Part shown: one piece after another, positions 1-9,136 of the stretch
How the letters are laid out: each line of letters opens with the position of its first letter
Position numbering within the stretch: the first letter of the stretch is position 1
Virus record (IMG/VR): IMGVR_UViG_3300028920_000044
Span: 1-64,000 of that record
From: a virus
DNA: 64,000 nt
Reading direction: 5' to 3' (one strand)
Translations under genes and position numbers: made by a program
The notes under the pieces: model-generated
Databases searched by the model: none
The model's input: only the letters and a program-made list of their open reading frames with translations
Told to the model about the DNA's origin: nothing

Positions 1-24
1 AAATAAAGCAGATAGAGGGGAATC

Positions 25-225
25 ATGAGAGATAGAGATCGAATGGAGCAAATCTTAGTTAAAATTATGAGAGGTTGGCGAGGTGTTCCTGATCTTAGAC
101 TCGGACAATTATTGCTCAATGTAACATCATTAGCAAAGAAAGATCTATATTATGTAGAGGACAAAGAATTAGCTAACCTTGTATTCAAATTTTTGGGAGG
201 TATAAAAGAAAGCGATGGTGGATAA
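25..225 (+). CDS. small conserved phage hypothetical protein (MRD..R...W...PDLRLGQL type)
   Basis: GAGGGG RBS; W-x3-PDLRLGQLL motif typical of a common small phage protein family. Confidence 0.7.
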   Translation: MRDRDRMEQILVKIMRGWRGVPDLRLGQLLLNVTSLAKKDLYYVEDKELANLVFKFLGGIKESDGG

Positions 226-631
226 AAAACAGATTGTGGTTAGTGATGAAGAACTTTTTAAAAAAATCAAAATAGTAGTACAACATTTAGAATCAAAGAA
301 ATCTGAAATTAAACTTGTTCCAGCAATAATGGTTATATTGCTATTCCTAAATCTTGTAGCTAATACCTGTATGATCTTGATATTAACTTCTTATAAAAAG
401 CATATTGTGGACTATGTAAAATTCGAACATATTGTGAGTGAAGCAATTCAACAATCTGCGATAATAGCAAATAAAATTGAAGCTGTTGAAGGTAGAACTT
501 ACACATTTAGTGATCATTTAATTTTTAATACAAATGAACTCTCATTGTTAAAGAAAGACTATGAGAAAAGATTTGGACTTATCGGGGACGACCAATATGC
601 AAAACCAGACGCAACCCCAAAAGAAGAATGA
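215..631 (+). CDS. hypothetical membrane protein
   Basis: GGAGG upstream; one hydrophobic segment LVPAIMVILLFLNLVANTCMILIL. Confidence 0.7.
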   Translation: MVDKKQIVVSDEELFKKIKIVVQHLESKKSEIKLVPAIMVILLFLNLVANTCMILILTSYKKHIVDYVKFEHIVSEAIQQSAIIANKIEAVEGRTYTFSDHLIFNTNELSLLKKDYEKRFGLIGDDQYAKPDATPKEE

Positions 632-938
632 TATCACTATAATAGCAAATATGGATGGTAACATTCATTTCGTAAAACAACTCAAAACTCCGGCACAATT
701 ATGGTATTATTGTACAGTCTATCCAGAAGATGTAACTATCATCTATGCAGAAAGAAAATATAGAAATCGCGAAACAAGTTACCAAGATGATGGTTACTAC
801 GAATCAATATTTAGATTAATATATGATATAAAATGGGAAGGCTCTAAATTAGAAAAATACATAAATAAAAAAATGGAGGAATACGACCGTGAACAAGAGA
901 AGGGAAATAAAACGATTAGCCGAAAAGGCTGTGGGTGA
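561..938 (+). CDS. hypothetical protein (true start may be 597 or 651)
   Basis: Operon-like packing with neighbours. Confidence 0.55.
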   Translation: MRKDLDLSGTTNMQNQTQPQKKNDITIIANMDGNIHFVKQLKTPAQLWYYCTVYPEDVTIIYAERKYRNRETSYQDDGYYESIFRLIYDIKWEGSKLEKYINKKMEEYDREQEKGNKTISRKGCG

Positions 939-3507
939 CATAATAGAAATGTTATACAAACATACGACTCCTATTGGATCAATATGCATTCAAGTAGCAA
1001 CAAATGAATTACCACCTGATGATATTCCTATCTTACACTTAGCTAATGCAGAAGTAACTGTTGATAAATCGATTGTATTATCTCCAGTGAGATATGTTTT
1101 AGCGCCTGAATATTTCGGTGAAAGAATTCGTGATAAGATGAAATTAGCTGCAAGAAAAGAGGAACTCAGAGCTAAAAGTATAGAAGATGCTGCTCAATAT
1201 TTTGTTGATAAATTGAAGACAGAAGGAATTGATAAATCTATAATATATTTAGAAGAAACTGGATTCAATGATTATGGTATTAGACAAGTATTCAGTTCTG
1301 TACTGGATAGAATTCAACAAAAGAATCCACCTCGTCCGGAACCAGTTAATATAGATTTAGAAGAAATAGAGCCTATGCCTCCACCTTCTCCTCCACCAGA
1401 ACCAATCGCAGAACCACTATCTACTCGGGAGGAATTGATATTACGTGATCAAATAAGAAGAAGACCAACTCGGACTATTGTTGAAGATCTTGATTCGATA
1501 ATTAATACGGAACTTCGAGATTCTCACACAGGGGATACGTTGAATATACCACCTATATATGCTGATGACGAACAAGTTCGAGCATGTAGAGTAATTAGAT
1601 CGTATTTTGATGATATCACTGATACTAATTTCATTGGGTTTGAGGATAAAATAGAAATTACTACTCGTGCAAGAGGACAAAACATATCAGTTGATGTAAT
1701 ACGATCAATGATTGCTATGTTTAATAATATACGGCAAATTGGACAAAGACATACTAGACTTAATACTAATCATAGAGCCCAAGCACAAGCATTAGTGCAC
1801 TACCTTTTTGGTAATGACACAGTTATTAGTCTTAGAAACGGTGGAAGACTTACACTCTGTGGCCAATTATTGGGAGTATATGAACCATACGTGATTGAAG
1901 AAGTGGCAAAACACAATACAAAAGCGAATCGAATACTTAATGCAACAGATGCGGTCAATTCGGTAAGAGAGGTCGATACAGTAGACGAAGAGGATCTTCA
2001 AGCTGCAGCAGATGTTTACGATCGAGTCGTAGAAGATGCTCGAGGGGATCTTCCAATCCCAACAGCATCTCAGTTAGATGAAGCTCGAATAGTTGATAAT
2101 GAAATGGAATGGAGAGAACATACTGAATTTCGATTAGGACAGATAGATCCAAATAGAAATTATGTCCAAGTAATCGAAGAGTATTATACTGATTTCATTC
2201 ATAACATTGGATGGATTAGTGATCCGGACAGATCTTATTTGACCCTTGAACTTTGTCGTCAATCAGGGCCAACAAGAACATCACGGACTCCAGCAATTAT
2301 GCACGAGGTTATTAACATTCTTAATTCTCGAGAGCATCTTCCTGTAACGCCATCTAATGATTTATCAGATATTGATAATGAGGATTTAAGAGTATCAATT
2401 GATCAATTTAATGACTTAAACAGACAATTAAATCATTTAGATCCAAGTGGCGGTTGCCGTGTCGCTATTCAAGATTACTTTAATACTTTTCTATATTCTA
2501 TTGGATGGATTTCCTCGGAGGATCGAAGTCAACTGATAGACCCTATTTGTGAAGAACGAGATATTAATCCTGATCTTATGAATCACATTGTTACATTTCT
2601 TAATAGTCGTGAGAATCTCCCTGTAGGTAGATCTGTTCCTACTCGAGGTATTTTTAATAGACCCAGTGAAGAAGTTCCAACACCTGCTCGAGTAGTATCC
2701 GATGAGGAGGATGATGAAGAGGAATTACCAGAAGGGTTTACCCCTGAGGAATTAATCATTGATATAGATGATATACCTCCTTCAAATGAAAGGCACGTTG
2801 CACATAGGTTGATTATTGACTATTTAAGAGGTGAAAATATAGATGTTGATTATATTGATAATGCTCATCGCGGAGAACTATTAGAATTGGCAACATTCGA
2901 AGAGATAGAACATAATGTAATGACTCAAGCGATTAATCAGTTTAATGGGGATGAGGAGGATCGCCGTAGACTTTTTGATGAAATGGAAACTCGACGAGAA
3001 TCTGCTGAAGAACCAACAATAACGATTACTTCTGAAACAGTTCTTGATGGTACTATGCAGAGGATTAATGTTGATGTTGCGGCGTTACAATTATTTGCCC
3101 GTATAACTGGGACAACAAGGGATGATGTAGATTCAATAGGGCGACGAGTTAGTGACGAACTAACAACAGAACTATTCGCTCGTGCAGATGAAAACAATAT
3201 TCCTAGGGACAGTATGTCTTGGGCTATTCGAACGTACAATTCAATACATGGGAATGAACCGATGAGCACTTATAATGATGAGCATAGTAGGCAATCTGTT
3301 ATACTTATAAACTCTAATTATGAGTCAAACTATATTATTAGTGATGACGACAGATTAGACATGATACACAAAGCAGAATTATTTGGTATAGACTCCCACA
3401 TATTTATATCAAGACTTGATATACATAATCGCGCGGCACATATACTTAATGAGGCAAGTGAAGAGGCAAGTGAACCTGAAACTATTCCGAGGCATGAACG
3501 AATTTAA
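889..3507 (+). CDS. large acidic protein with ~6 copies of a ~50-aa helical repeat module
   Basis: GGAGGA RBS before GTG; Pro/Glu-rich linkers; two close repeats IGWIS..DRS.L...M...I..LNSRE.LPV. Confidence 0.85.
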   Translation: MNKRREIKRLAEKAVGDIIEMLYKHTTPIGSICIQVATNELPPDDIPILHLANAEVTVDKSIVLSPVRYVLAPEYFGERIRDKMKLAARKEELRAKSIEDAAQYFVDKLKTEGIDKSIIYLEETGFNDYGIRQVFSSVLDRIQQKNPPRPEPVNIDLEEIEPMPPPSPPPEPIAEPLSTREELILRDQIRRRPTRTIVEDLDSIINTELRDSHTGDTLNIPPIYADDEQVRACRVIRSYFDDITDTNFIGFEDKIEITTRARGQNISVDVIRSMIAMFNNIRQIGQRHTRLNTNHRAQAQALVHYLFGNDTVISLRNGGRLTLCGQLLGVYEPYVIEEVAKHNTKANRILNATDAVNSVREVDTVDEEDLQAAADVYDRVVEDARGDLPIPTASQLDEARIVDNEMEWREHTEFRLGQIDPNRNYVQVIEEYYTDFIHNIGWISDPDRSYLTLELCRQSGPTRTSRTPAIMHEVINILNSREHLPVTPSNDLSDIDNEDLRVSIDQFNDLNRQLNHLDPSGGCRVAIQDYFNTFLYSIGWISSEDRSQLIDPICEERDINPDLMNHIVTFLNSRENLPVGRSVPTRGIFNRPSEEVPTPARVVSDEEDDEEELPEGFTPEELIIDIDDIPPSNERHVAHRLIIDYLRGENIDVDYIDNAHRGELLELATFEEIEHNVMTQAINQFNGDEEDRRRLFDEMETRRESAEEPTITITSETVLDGTMQRINVDVAALQLFARITGTTRDDVDSIGRRVSDELTTELFARADENNIPRDSMSWAIRTYNSIHGNEPMSTYNDEHSRQSVILINSNYESNYIISDDDRLDMIHKAELFGIDSHIFISRLDIHNRAAHILNEASEEASEPETIPRHERI

Positions 3508-3509
3508 TA

Positions 3510-3531
3510 TTTAAACATTTAATAAAGAAAT
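3510..3531 (+). promoter_or_regulatory. degenerate copy of phage promoter/operator motif
   Basis: TTTAA-ACATTT-AATAAAGAAAT followed by TATAAT. Confidence 0.5.
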
Positions 3532-3539
3532 TATAATTT

Positions 3540-3668
3540 AGGAGAATGATAAATGTCTCATGGAGGGAACATTTGTCATTTCTCTGTTAGTGGACACTCT
3601 CCGGAGTTTCACTTTTAAGTTGGCTGGGGGTAGAGAGAGATCTTTGCCCCCACATCTTTTATTTTTTT
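3540..3668 (+). ncRNA. candidate three-hairpin small RNA or leader ending in an intrinsic terminator
   Basis: Hairpins 3540-3585, 3589-3613, 3625-3652 (GAGA tetraloop) then T-rich tract. Confidence 0.45.
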
Positions 3669-3691
3669 CAACTAAATGTTTGGAGGCGACT

Positions 3692-4165
3692 ATGGGCGAA
3701 GTAAGATGTCCTAAATGCAACAGTTTCGATTGTGTTAAAAAGGGCAAAACAAAGGATAAACAATTTCAAAGATTACAATGTAAATCATGTAAAAAAGGAT
3801 TTCAAGTAGAAACAAGTATTGTAAATCGGCAAACAAACTCGCCACATGAAGAATTAAGAATTGTTAAGCATCCAGATGGAGCATTTAGTATTAATACAGT
3901 TAGATTTGTTGATGCTGGAAGAAAAGATAAGATAGCAGAGAACAAAGAATATATCGTATCCAAAGTATCAACATACAAAGATATTGTGTCTTTTACAAAA
4001 GGATTTGCACAATCTGTTAATCCACACGAAATTATGTTAAATAGATTATTAACTGATTCATTAATACATGAAATAGAATTAATATTTCAACCAAACATAT
4101 CTCAACATATTATTAATCTTCTTGAAAACATGGCGAGAGGATTGAAATGGGGTGATAATGTTTGA
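3692..4165 (+). CDS. IS1 InsA-like zinc-ribbon domain protein (start re-called at 3692)
   Basis: GGAGG RBS before ATG 3692; CPKC-x-KKGK-x-QRLQCKSC motif. Confidence 0.7.
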   Translation: MGEVRCPKCNSFDCVKKGKTKDKQFQRLQCKSCKKGFQVETSIVNRQTNSPHEELRIVKHPDGAFSINTVRFVDAGRKDKIAENKEYIVSKVSTYKDIVSFTKGFAQSVNPHEIMLNRLLTDSLIHEIELIFQPNISQHIINLLENMARGLKWGDNV

Positions 4166-4310
4166 AATTCTTACGAACTTCAACAATATGTCGTGGTGGG
4201 AAGGAGCGACATTATTCTATATATTTATAGTATGGGCGATATCAACATATAGTCTTATTAAATATATAGTAAAGTCTTTAATCGCAAGAGGGGAAAAACA
4301 AAAACGATGA
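4158..4310 (+). CDS. 50-aa single-pass membrane protein (not in ORF track)
   Basis: MFEILTNFNNMSWWEGATLFYIFIVWAISTYSLIKYIVKSLIARGEKQKR; overlaps previous stop; ATGA overlap with the polymerase start. Confidence 0.65.
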   Translation: MFEILTNFNNMSWWEGATLFYIFIVWAISTYSLIKYIVKSLIARGEKQKR

Positions 4311-6406
4311 AAACAAAAGATTATCAATCATTTATAGAAGATATTAGAACTGGGGTAATCTCCCCATATCAAATGTATAACACTGATATTGATTACCCAC
4401 AATATTTCGCGGCCCAACATTATTTAAATCACCCAAATGATACGATTGACAAGAATATGCCCGTTCCTATATGTTTTCTTGATATTGAAGTGTATACTGG
4501 TAATGCTGGCGAATTCGCTAAACCAATAGAAGCTAAATATCCAATGAATGCGTTTACTTTGAGAAATTCGTTTGAGAAGAAATATGTATCATTTTATATG
4601 CTAACAAATAGAAATGCTAGCAAGTTTCCGCATGATGATATTAAGATTGCTATAGATTATTACAAAAAAGAATTGGTAGAACATGGATATCTACAAGAAG
4701 ATGAAGATATTGAAATTCATTTATTTAATCAGGAACTACCAATGTTGAAATCATTTTGGAACTATATACATAGTACAGACCCTGCTGTAATAAGTGGATG
4801 GTATAGTAGTGAATTCGATATTCCTTACATGTATCATAGAGCTTGTAAATTGACTGATGATGAAAGAGGATTTGAAGCTGCACAAATAATGAGTAAATTC
4901 GGAGTTATAAAGAAAACCAAATTTAAGAATAAAGTATTAGTCAATATTAGTGATTATACAGATATGGATTTAGCATATCTTTATCGTCCTCGCGACGAAG
5001 GCGGATTAAATTATGGGAAGAAACAAGCATCGTATGCATTAGATTGGGTAGCGGACAACGTTTTAAAATTGAAGAAACTGGAGTATAAAGGGTCTGGTAT
5101 GACACTAGACACATTTTATGATCGAGATCCAGTTAATTTTCTTTTGTATAATATTATTGATGTTGTATTAATTAAATTATTGAACGAAAAATTAAGGCAT
5201 ATTGAATCCCACAACATGCTAAGGAGATTAATGAAGACTCCTATTGGAGTTGCAATGAGAGGTCCTGCAATGTTGTTTGATACAATGACTCAATATAACT
5301 TATCCAAAGAAGGGAAATATACTCGATATGGATTAGTTAATGAAACGACACAACAAATAACTGCTCCTCAAGTATCACAATTGCCTAAACCGAAAGATAG
5401 TTCTGTTAAATGGTCTATCGAAGAAGTAACTGAGGAGAAATATAGAACTATTGTTACTCGATATCCTGGAGCATATGTTAAAGAAGGGTTAGGAAAAACA
5501 ATCTCTCTTAAGGATGGTATTACAATTGATATGGATGCTACTGCTCTATATCCTAGTATGATGCTTCAATACAATATTAGTTTTGATAGTATGTTCGGTA
5601 GAGTGATTGATCCCATTTGTTATGATTTCTTACATTTGATCGATAAACATATTGGTACAGGTGTGCCCTTTCCTCCTGGGTTATATAATAAATTTCTTGA
5701 GTATTCTAAACATTATACTCAACGAATTTCTCCTCAGAACAAAGGTGACTATACACAATATGTATATTATATCTTGTCACATCTAGTAACTAAATTGATT
5801 AATTCTAGAGTTCACATAAATAAATTATTGGTTCCTGAAATTAGAGAACATTATATTATATTAAAACTATATCTATTACCACTAATTGATTTATTGACAG
5901 AAGTACATGATAAATCAGAAGAATATAATACGTTTTCACACGACTATCTTCTGAACGGCAAAACGAATGTACATCATGTATGGGTTGTAGAGAATATAAA
6001 TGAACCAACAATTAGAATTACTAGAGTTCTTGTATCAGAATTTCAAGATTATTTAGTTAAGAACAACATATCGTTAAATTTAGCAGGAACTTTACTTTAC
6101 ACGCATCAACATAAGCTTGGAGTATTTGCAGGATTTCTTCATGAGATTTTACAATTAAGAGGCACTTATAAAGATAAAAGAGACACTTATCCAGAAGGAT
6201 CTGATGAATACAAGTTCTATGATATGCGGCAGTTTGCGACTAAGACCACTGCAAATTCGACTTACGGCTTGATGGGGCAATCAACCTTTAGATACAGTGA
6301 TAAATGGGTTGCTAAGACCATTACTGTTAATGGTCGTCTAACATTAAAAATATCACAGATTTGCGGTGAACTATTTCTAAGGGCACAGAGGGAACAAATG
6401 AGATGA
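4307..6406 (+). CDS. family B DNA polymerase, N-terminal part (3'-5' exonuclease + motifs A and B; no motif C)
   Basis: ExoI FLDIE, ExoII GWYSSEFDIPY, ExoIII YNIIDV, motif A DATALYPS, motif B KTTANSTYG; ends before YGDTDS. Confidence 0.92.
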   Translation: MKTKDYQSFIEDIRTGVISPYQMYNTDIDYPQYFAAQHYLNHPNDTIDKNMPVPICFLDIEVYTGNAGEFAKPIEAKYPMNAFTLRNSFEKKYVSFYMLTNRNASKFPHDDIKIAIDYYKKELVEHGYLQEDEDIEIHLFNQELPMLKSFWNYIHSTDPAVISGWYSSEFDIPYMYHRACKLTDDERGFEAAQIMSKFGVIKKTKFKNKVLVNISDYTDMDLAYLYRPRDEGGLNYGKKQASYALDWVADNVLKLKKLEYKGSGMTLDTFYDRDPVNFLLYNIIDVVLIKLLNEKLRHIESHNMLRRLMKTPIGVAMRGPAMLFDTMTQYNLSKEGKYTRYGLVNETTQQITAPQVSQLPKPKDSSVKWSIEEVTEEKYRTIVTRYPGAYVKEGLGKTISLKDGITIDMDATALYPSMMLQYNISFDSMFGRVIDPICYDFLHLIDKHIGTGVPFPPGLYNKFLEYSKHYTQRISPQNKGDYTQYVYYILSHLVTKLINSRVHINKLLVPEIREHYIILKLYLLPLIDLLTEVHDKSEEYNTFSHDYLLNGKTNVHHVWVVENINEPTIRITRVLVSEFQDYLVKNNISLNLAGTLLYTHQHKLGVFAGFLHEILQLRGTYKDKRDTYPEGSDEYKFYDMRQFATKTTANSTYGLMGQSTFRYSDKWVAKTITVNGRLTLKISQICGELFLRAQREQMR

Positions 6407-6660
6407 TATTTGACAAAGAAGACGTAGAAACTATATTGCTTGAATACGTTGAATATGGAGTACTAGAAATAACAGGACAGAACTCAGAATTACAACCATC
6501 ATTCAGATTTACAGAAGCACATTTAACAAAAATAATTGAAGGTGATCCTTCTTATATTAGATTTATAGAACGAAGATTTAACATTGAATGTGATAAAGAA
6601 CTTGTTGAAATTTATAAGAAGATGTTAAAAAGTCACGCGAAACAAACGAAACTAAATTAA
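6403..6660 (+). CDS. hypothetical protein
   Basis: ATGA overlap with polymerase stop. Confidence 0.7.
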   Translation: MIFDKEDVETILLEYVEYGVLEITGQNSELQPSFRFTEAHLTKIIEGDPSYIRFIERRFNIECDKELVEIYKKMLKSHAKQTKLN

Positions 6661-6685
6661 TTATTCATGTTGTGATATATCAAAT

Positions 6686-6707
6686 ATTTCTAAAAATATA
6701 AAGAAAT
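6686..6707 (+). promoter_or_regulatory. phage promoter/operator motif
   Basis: ATTTC-TAAAAA-TATAAAGAAAT, 27 nt before ATG 6735. Confidence 0.7.
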
Positions 6708-6734
6708 ATTATGATATATAATAAGGAGTAAAAT

Positions 6735-7562
6735 ATGGGTAACAAATCTGATGATGTACCACAGGCGTTTTCTATACAAACAGGAAACACAAGAACAGTA
6801 TATCTCGGTCCAATACACGAGGGACCAGGGAACATTTTACAACAAAATCAATCATTGCCCGTTGAAATAGGTCCAGAGCCAACTCATATTACGGATTATC
6901 CAACAGATGCTTTCACTCCGCCACCTCTTTCACATCAGGAAATTGTGATATCGAGTGAAGCATTAAAACAAGGAGTCCAATTTGATTCTACATCAAATAT
7001 GAATTCAATGAAGCAAAAATCTCAGTATCACATAATAGATTTATTTTGGTTAATCAATCCAAAATATGGGCGATCTGAGATGCCTCAAGACGAAGCGCAT
7101 TTTTGTCAAATCTCATTTAATATTGACTTCGGCAATTTAAAGATTACATTATATAAAATCCCAAATGGATCATTACAAGGACACATATTATATTTAATGT
7201 CGTTACACAGATTGACGTCCGGTACAATTTATCCGTCGTCTATTTTTAATTTAATTTATAGCGATAGGAGGTTTCAAAAGAATAAAGCAACCAATAGTAT
7301 TGATACAGAAAATATAGAACCAATTAAATTTACATGTCTAGAACAATTAATACAACATACGGGCGAGAATTGGCAGAGAAATCGCCCGCTTTGTCATTTT
7401 ACTATTAATGACACAATTAAATTACATATACGCGATCCACTAAGTGGAGCATTTTACTATGATTTTAAAGGTTGGCAAAAAGATGCAATATTACATTCAG
7501 CAAAATTTGTTGTTGATAACGGGTATATCTTAACAGGTAATCAGAATATCAACAGTGGTTAA
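6735..7562 (+). CDS. hypothetical protein
   Basis: AAGGAG RBS; 275 aa. Confidence 0.8.
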   Translation: MGNKSDDVPQAFSIQTGNTRTVYLGPIHEGPGNILQQNQSLPVEIGPEPTHITDYPTDAFTPPPLSHQEIVISSEALKQGVQFDSTSNMNSMKQKSQYHIIDLFWLINPKYGRSEMPQDEAHFCQISFNIDFGNLKITLYKIPNGSLQGHILYLMSLHRLTSGTIYPSSIFNLIYSDRRFQKNKATNSIDTENIEPIKFTCLEQLIQHTGENWQRNRPLCHFTINDTIKLHIRDPLSGAFYYDFKGWQKDAILHSAKFVVDNGYILTGNQNINSG

Positions 7563-7576
7563 GGAGACACACAATC

Positions 7577-8002
7577 ATGTTGAATTACAACAAAGTTATT
7601 CTTTGTGGTGTAGTTTGTAACACTCCGACACTTCGTCATAATGGTACTGGAACAAGTGTAACGAATTTCACCTTAAAGACAATCGAACGATGGAAGGATA
7701 AAAAGACAGGGAATATTAAGAAACATTCCAAATATCATAAGATTGTCGTTTGGGGATTGAATGCAGAGCAAACAGTTAAATTTGTTAAAAAGAATGTGAT
7801 TGTATTAGTGGAGGGGTGTCTCAATTACCATAAGTACCCAAAAAATGGGGATCAAAAGAATATTGCAGAAATTAAAGCATCAAATGTAGAATATCGTGGC
7901 GTATTAAAGATTAAAAGATCTAATTATAAAGAAGAGATAAATCGTGATGATTTACCCGTTAACAAACCACAGGAGATAAACATACATGACCTCGATAACT
8001 GA
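7577..8002 (+). CDS. ssb: bacterial-type single-stranded DNA-binding protein
   Basis: NKVILCG...P.LR...G..VTNF.L...W.DK.TG...HKIVVWG...VLVEG.L OB-fold signature. Confidence 0.9.
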   Translation: MLNYNKVILCGVVCNTPTLRHNGTGTSVTNFTLKTIERWKDKKTGNIKKHSKYHKIVVWGLNAEQTVKFVKKNVIVLVEGCLNYHKYPKNGDQKNIAEIKASNVEYRGVLKIKRSNYKEEINRDDLPVNKPQEINIHDLDN

Positions 8003-8774
8003 TGTGCAGAAATCTAAGCCATCTATAGATTTACCGATACAAAGAGTGGGCATTACAGAATTGAAAGTTCCAATATTTATAAGTGAGCAAGATGGTAGCT
8101 ACCAACACACAGTTGCTGATGTCGACGTATTTGTTGACCTTGCTGCAACTTCTAAAGGTACACATATGTCTCGTCTCGCAATCGGTGTTCAAAAATTTAT
8201 AGATCAACGATTAAATTCGAATCTACTAAGTGACATTGCTGAATATATAAGAAATAAATTAGATGCACAAACAGCACAAATCATTTATAGGTTCCCTTAT
8301 TTTATTAAAAAATTAGCACCTGAATCAAAAGAACCAGGACTCATATATCACAATGTAGTGTTTGACTTAACTCGTACACATAAGGAAGATACAATATTTA
8401 GAATGAGTACAGAAACAACTGCAACAAGTTTGTGTCCTTGTTCGAAAGAAATATCTGATGATGGCGCACATAATCAAAGATCAAAAATCAAATTAACTGT
8501 TATCCCTAGAAATTCTTGCTTTGTGTGGCTTGAAGATTTAATTAATATTAGTGAACAAAATGCTTCTTGTGAAGTATATAGTTCTCTAAAAAGAATCGAT
8601 GAAAAACACGTCACAGAAAGAGCATATAATAACCCGATGTTTGTTGAAGATATGGTTCGTCAAATATATCAAACTCTTTCTAAACGGGATGATTTGCAAT
8701 GGTTTATGGTGGAAATCACAAATGAGGAATCAATTCACCAGCATAGTGCGTATGCGCGTATGTCAAACTGGTAA
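7986..8774 (+). CDS. folE2: GTP cyclohydrolase I type IB (FolE2/MptA family)
   Basis: IQRVGI, KGTHMSR, SLCPCSKEIS, GAHNQRS, KR.DEK.VTE.AY.NP.FVED, ESIH.H.AYA. Confidence 0.93.
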   Translation: MTSITDVQKSKPSIDLPIQRVGITELKVPIFISEQDGSYQHTVADVDVFVDLAATSKGTHMSRLAIGVQKFIDQRLNSNLLSDIAEYIRNKLDAQTAQIIYRFPYFIKKLAPESKEPGLIYHNVVFDLTRTHKEDTIFRMSTETTATSLCPCSKEISDDGAHNQRSKIKLTVIPRNSCFVWLEDLINISEQNASCEVYSSLKRIDEKHVTERAYNNPMFVEDMVRQIYQTLSKRDDLQWFMVEITNEESIHQHSAYARMSNW

Positions 8775-8778
8775 AAAA

Positions 8779-8800
8779 TGGTGGGGAGAAATCCCCACTA
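8779..8800 (+). terminator. GC-rich hairpin (terminator or processing element)
   Basis: TGGTGGGGA-GAAA-TCCCCACTA just after folE2; weak U-tract. Confidence 0.5.
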
Positions 8801-8851
8801 CATCATTAATCGAGAGAAATAATAGATCAGTTTAATATTAAAGGAGGAAAA

Positions 8852-9100
8852 ATGAAAGGATTAGTTGTATTATTAGTATTAGTAATTGGAGTTGGAATCT
8901 CTTTTGGTCAAACACCGGGAGATAATGAAGAATCAGGTAAATTGATAGTTACAATAACGGATGAAGATGGAAATTTAGTCTCGTTACCTTCTGAGCCTCA
9001 TGTAGCACCTATAGTGACTAATGATTCTCTTTCTCCACCAAATTCTGATCTTCCAGCACCAATAGATTTAAAAATTAATAATGTGCAATACAATGAATAA
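8852..9100 (+). CDS. small exported protein
   Basis: AAGGAGG RBS; signal-peptide-like MKGLVVLLVLVIGVGISFG. Confidence 0.7.
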   Translation: MKGLVVLLVLVIGVGISFGQTPGDNEESGKLIVTITDEDGNLVSLPSEPHVAPIVTNDSLSPPNSDLPAPIDLKINNVQYNE

Positions 9101-9136
9101 GAAACAATAGACTCACATATAAAAGGAGGTAAAAAT

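Noticed and set aside
3451-3474. 12-bp tandem duplication GAGGCAAGTGAA
   Set aside because: Simple in-frame slippage in a disordered tail.
3560-3691. Upstream start for the zinc-ribbon ORF
   Set aside because: Runs through hairpins and a terminator; a good RBS precedes ATG 3692.
5600-6083. Intein in the polymerase
   Set aside because: No intein terminal residues or LAGLIDADG motif.
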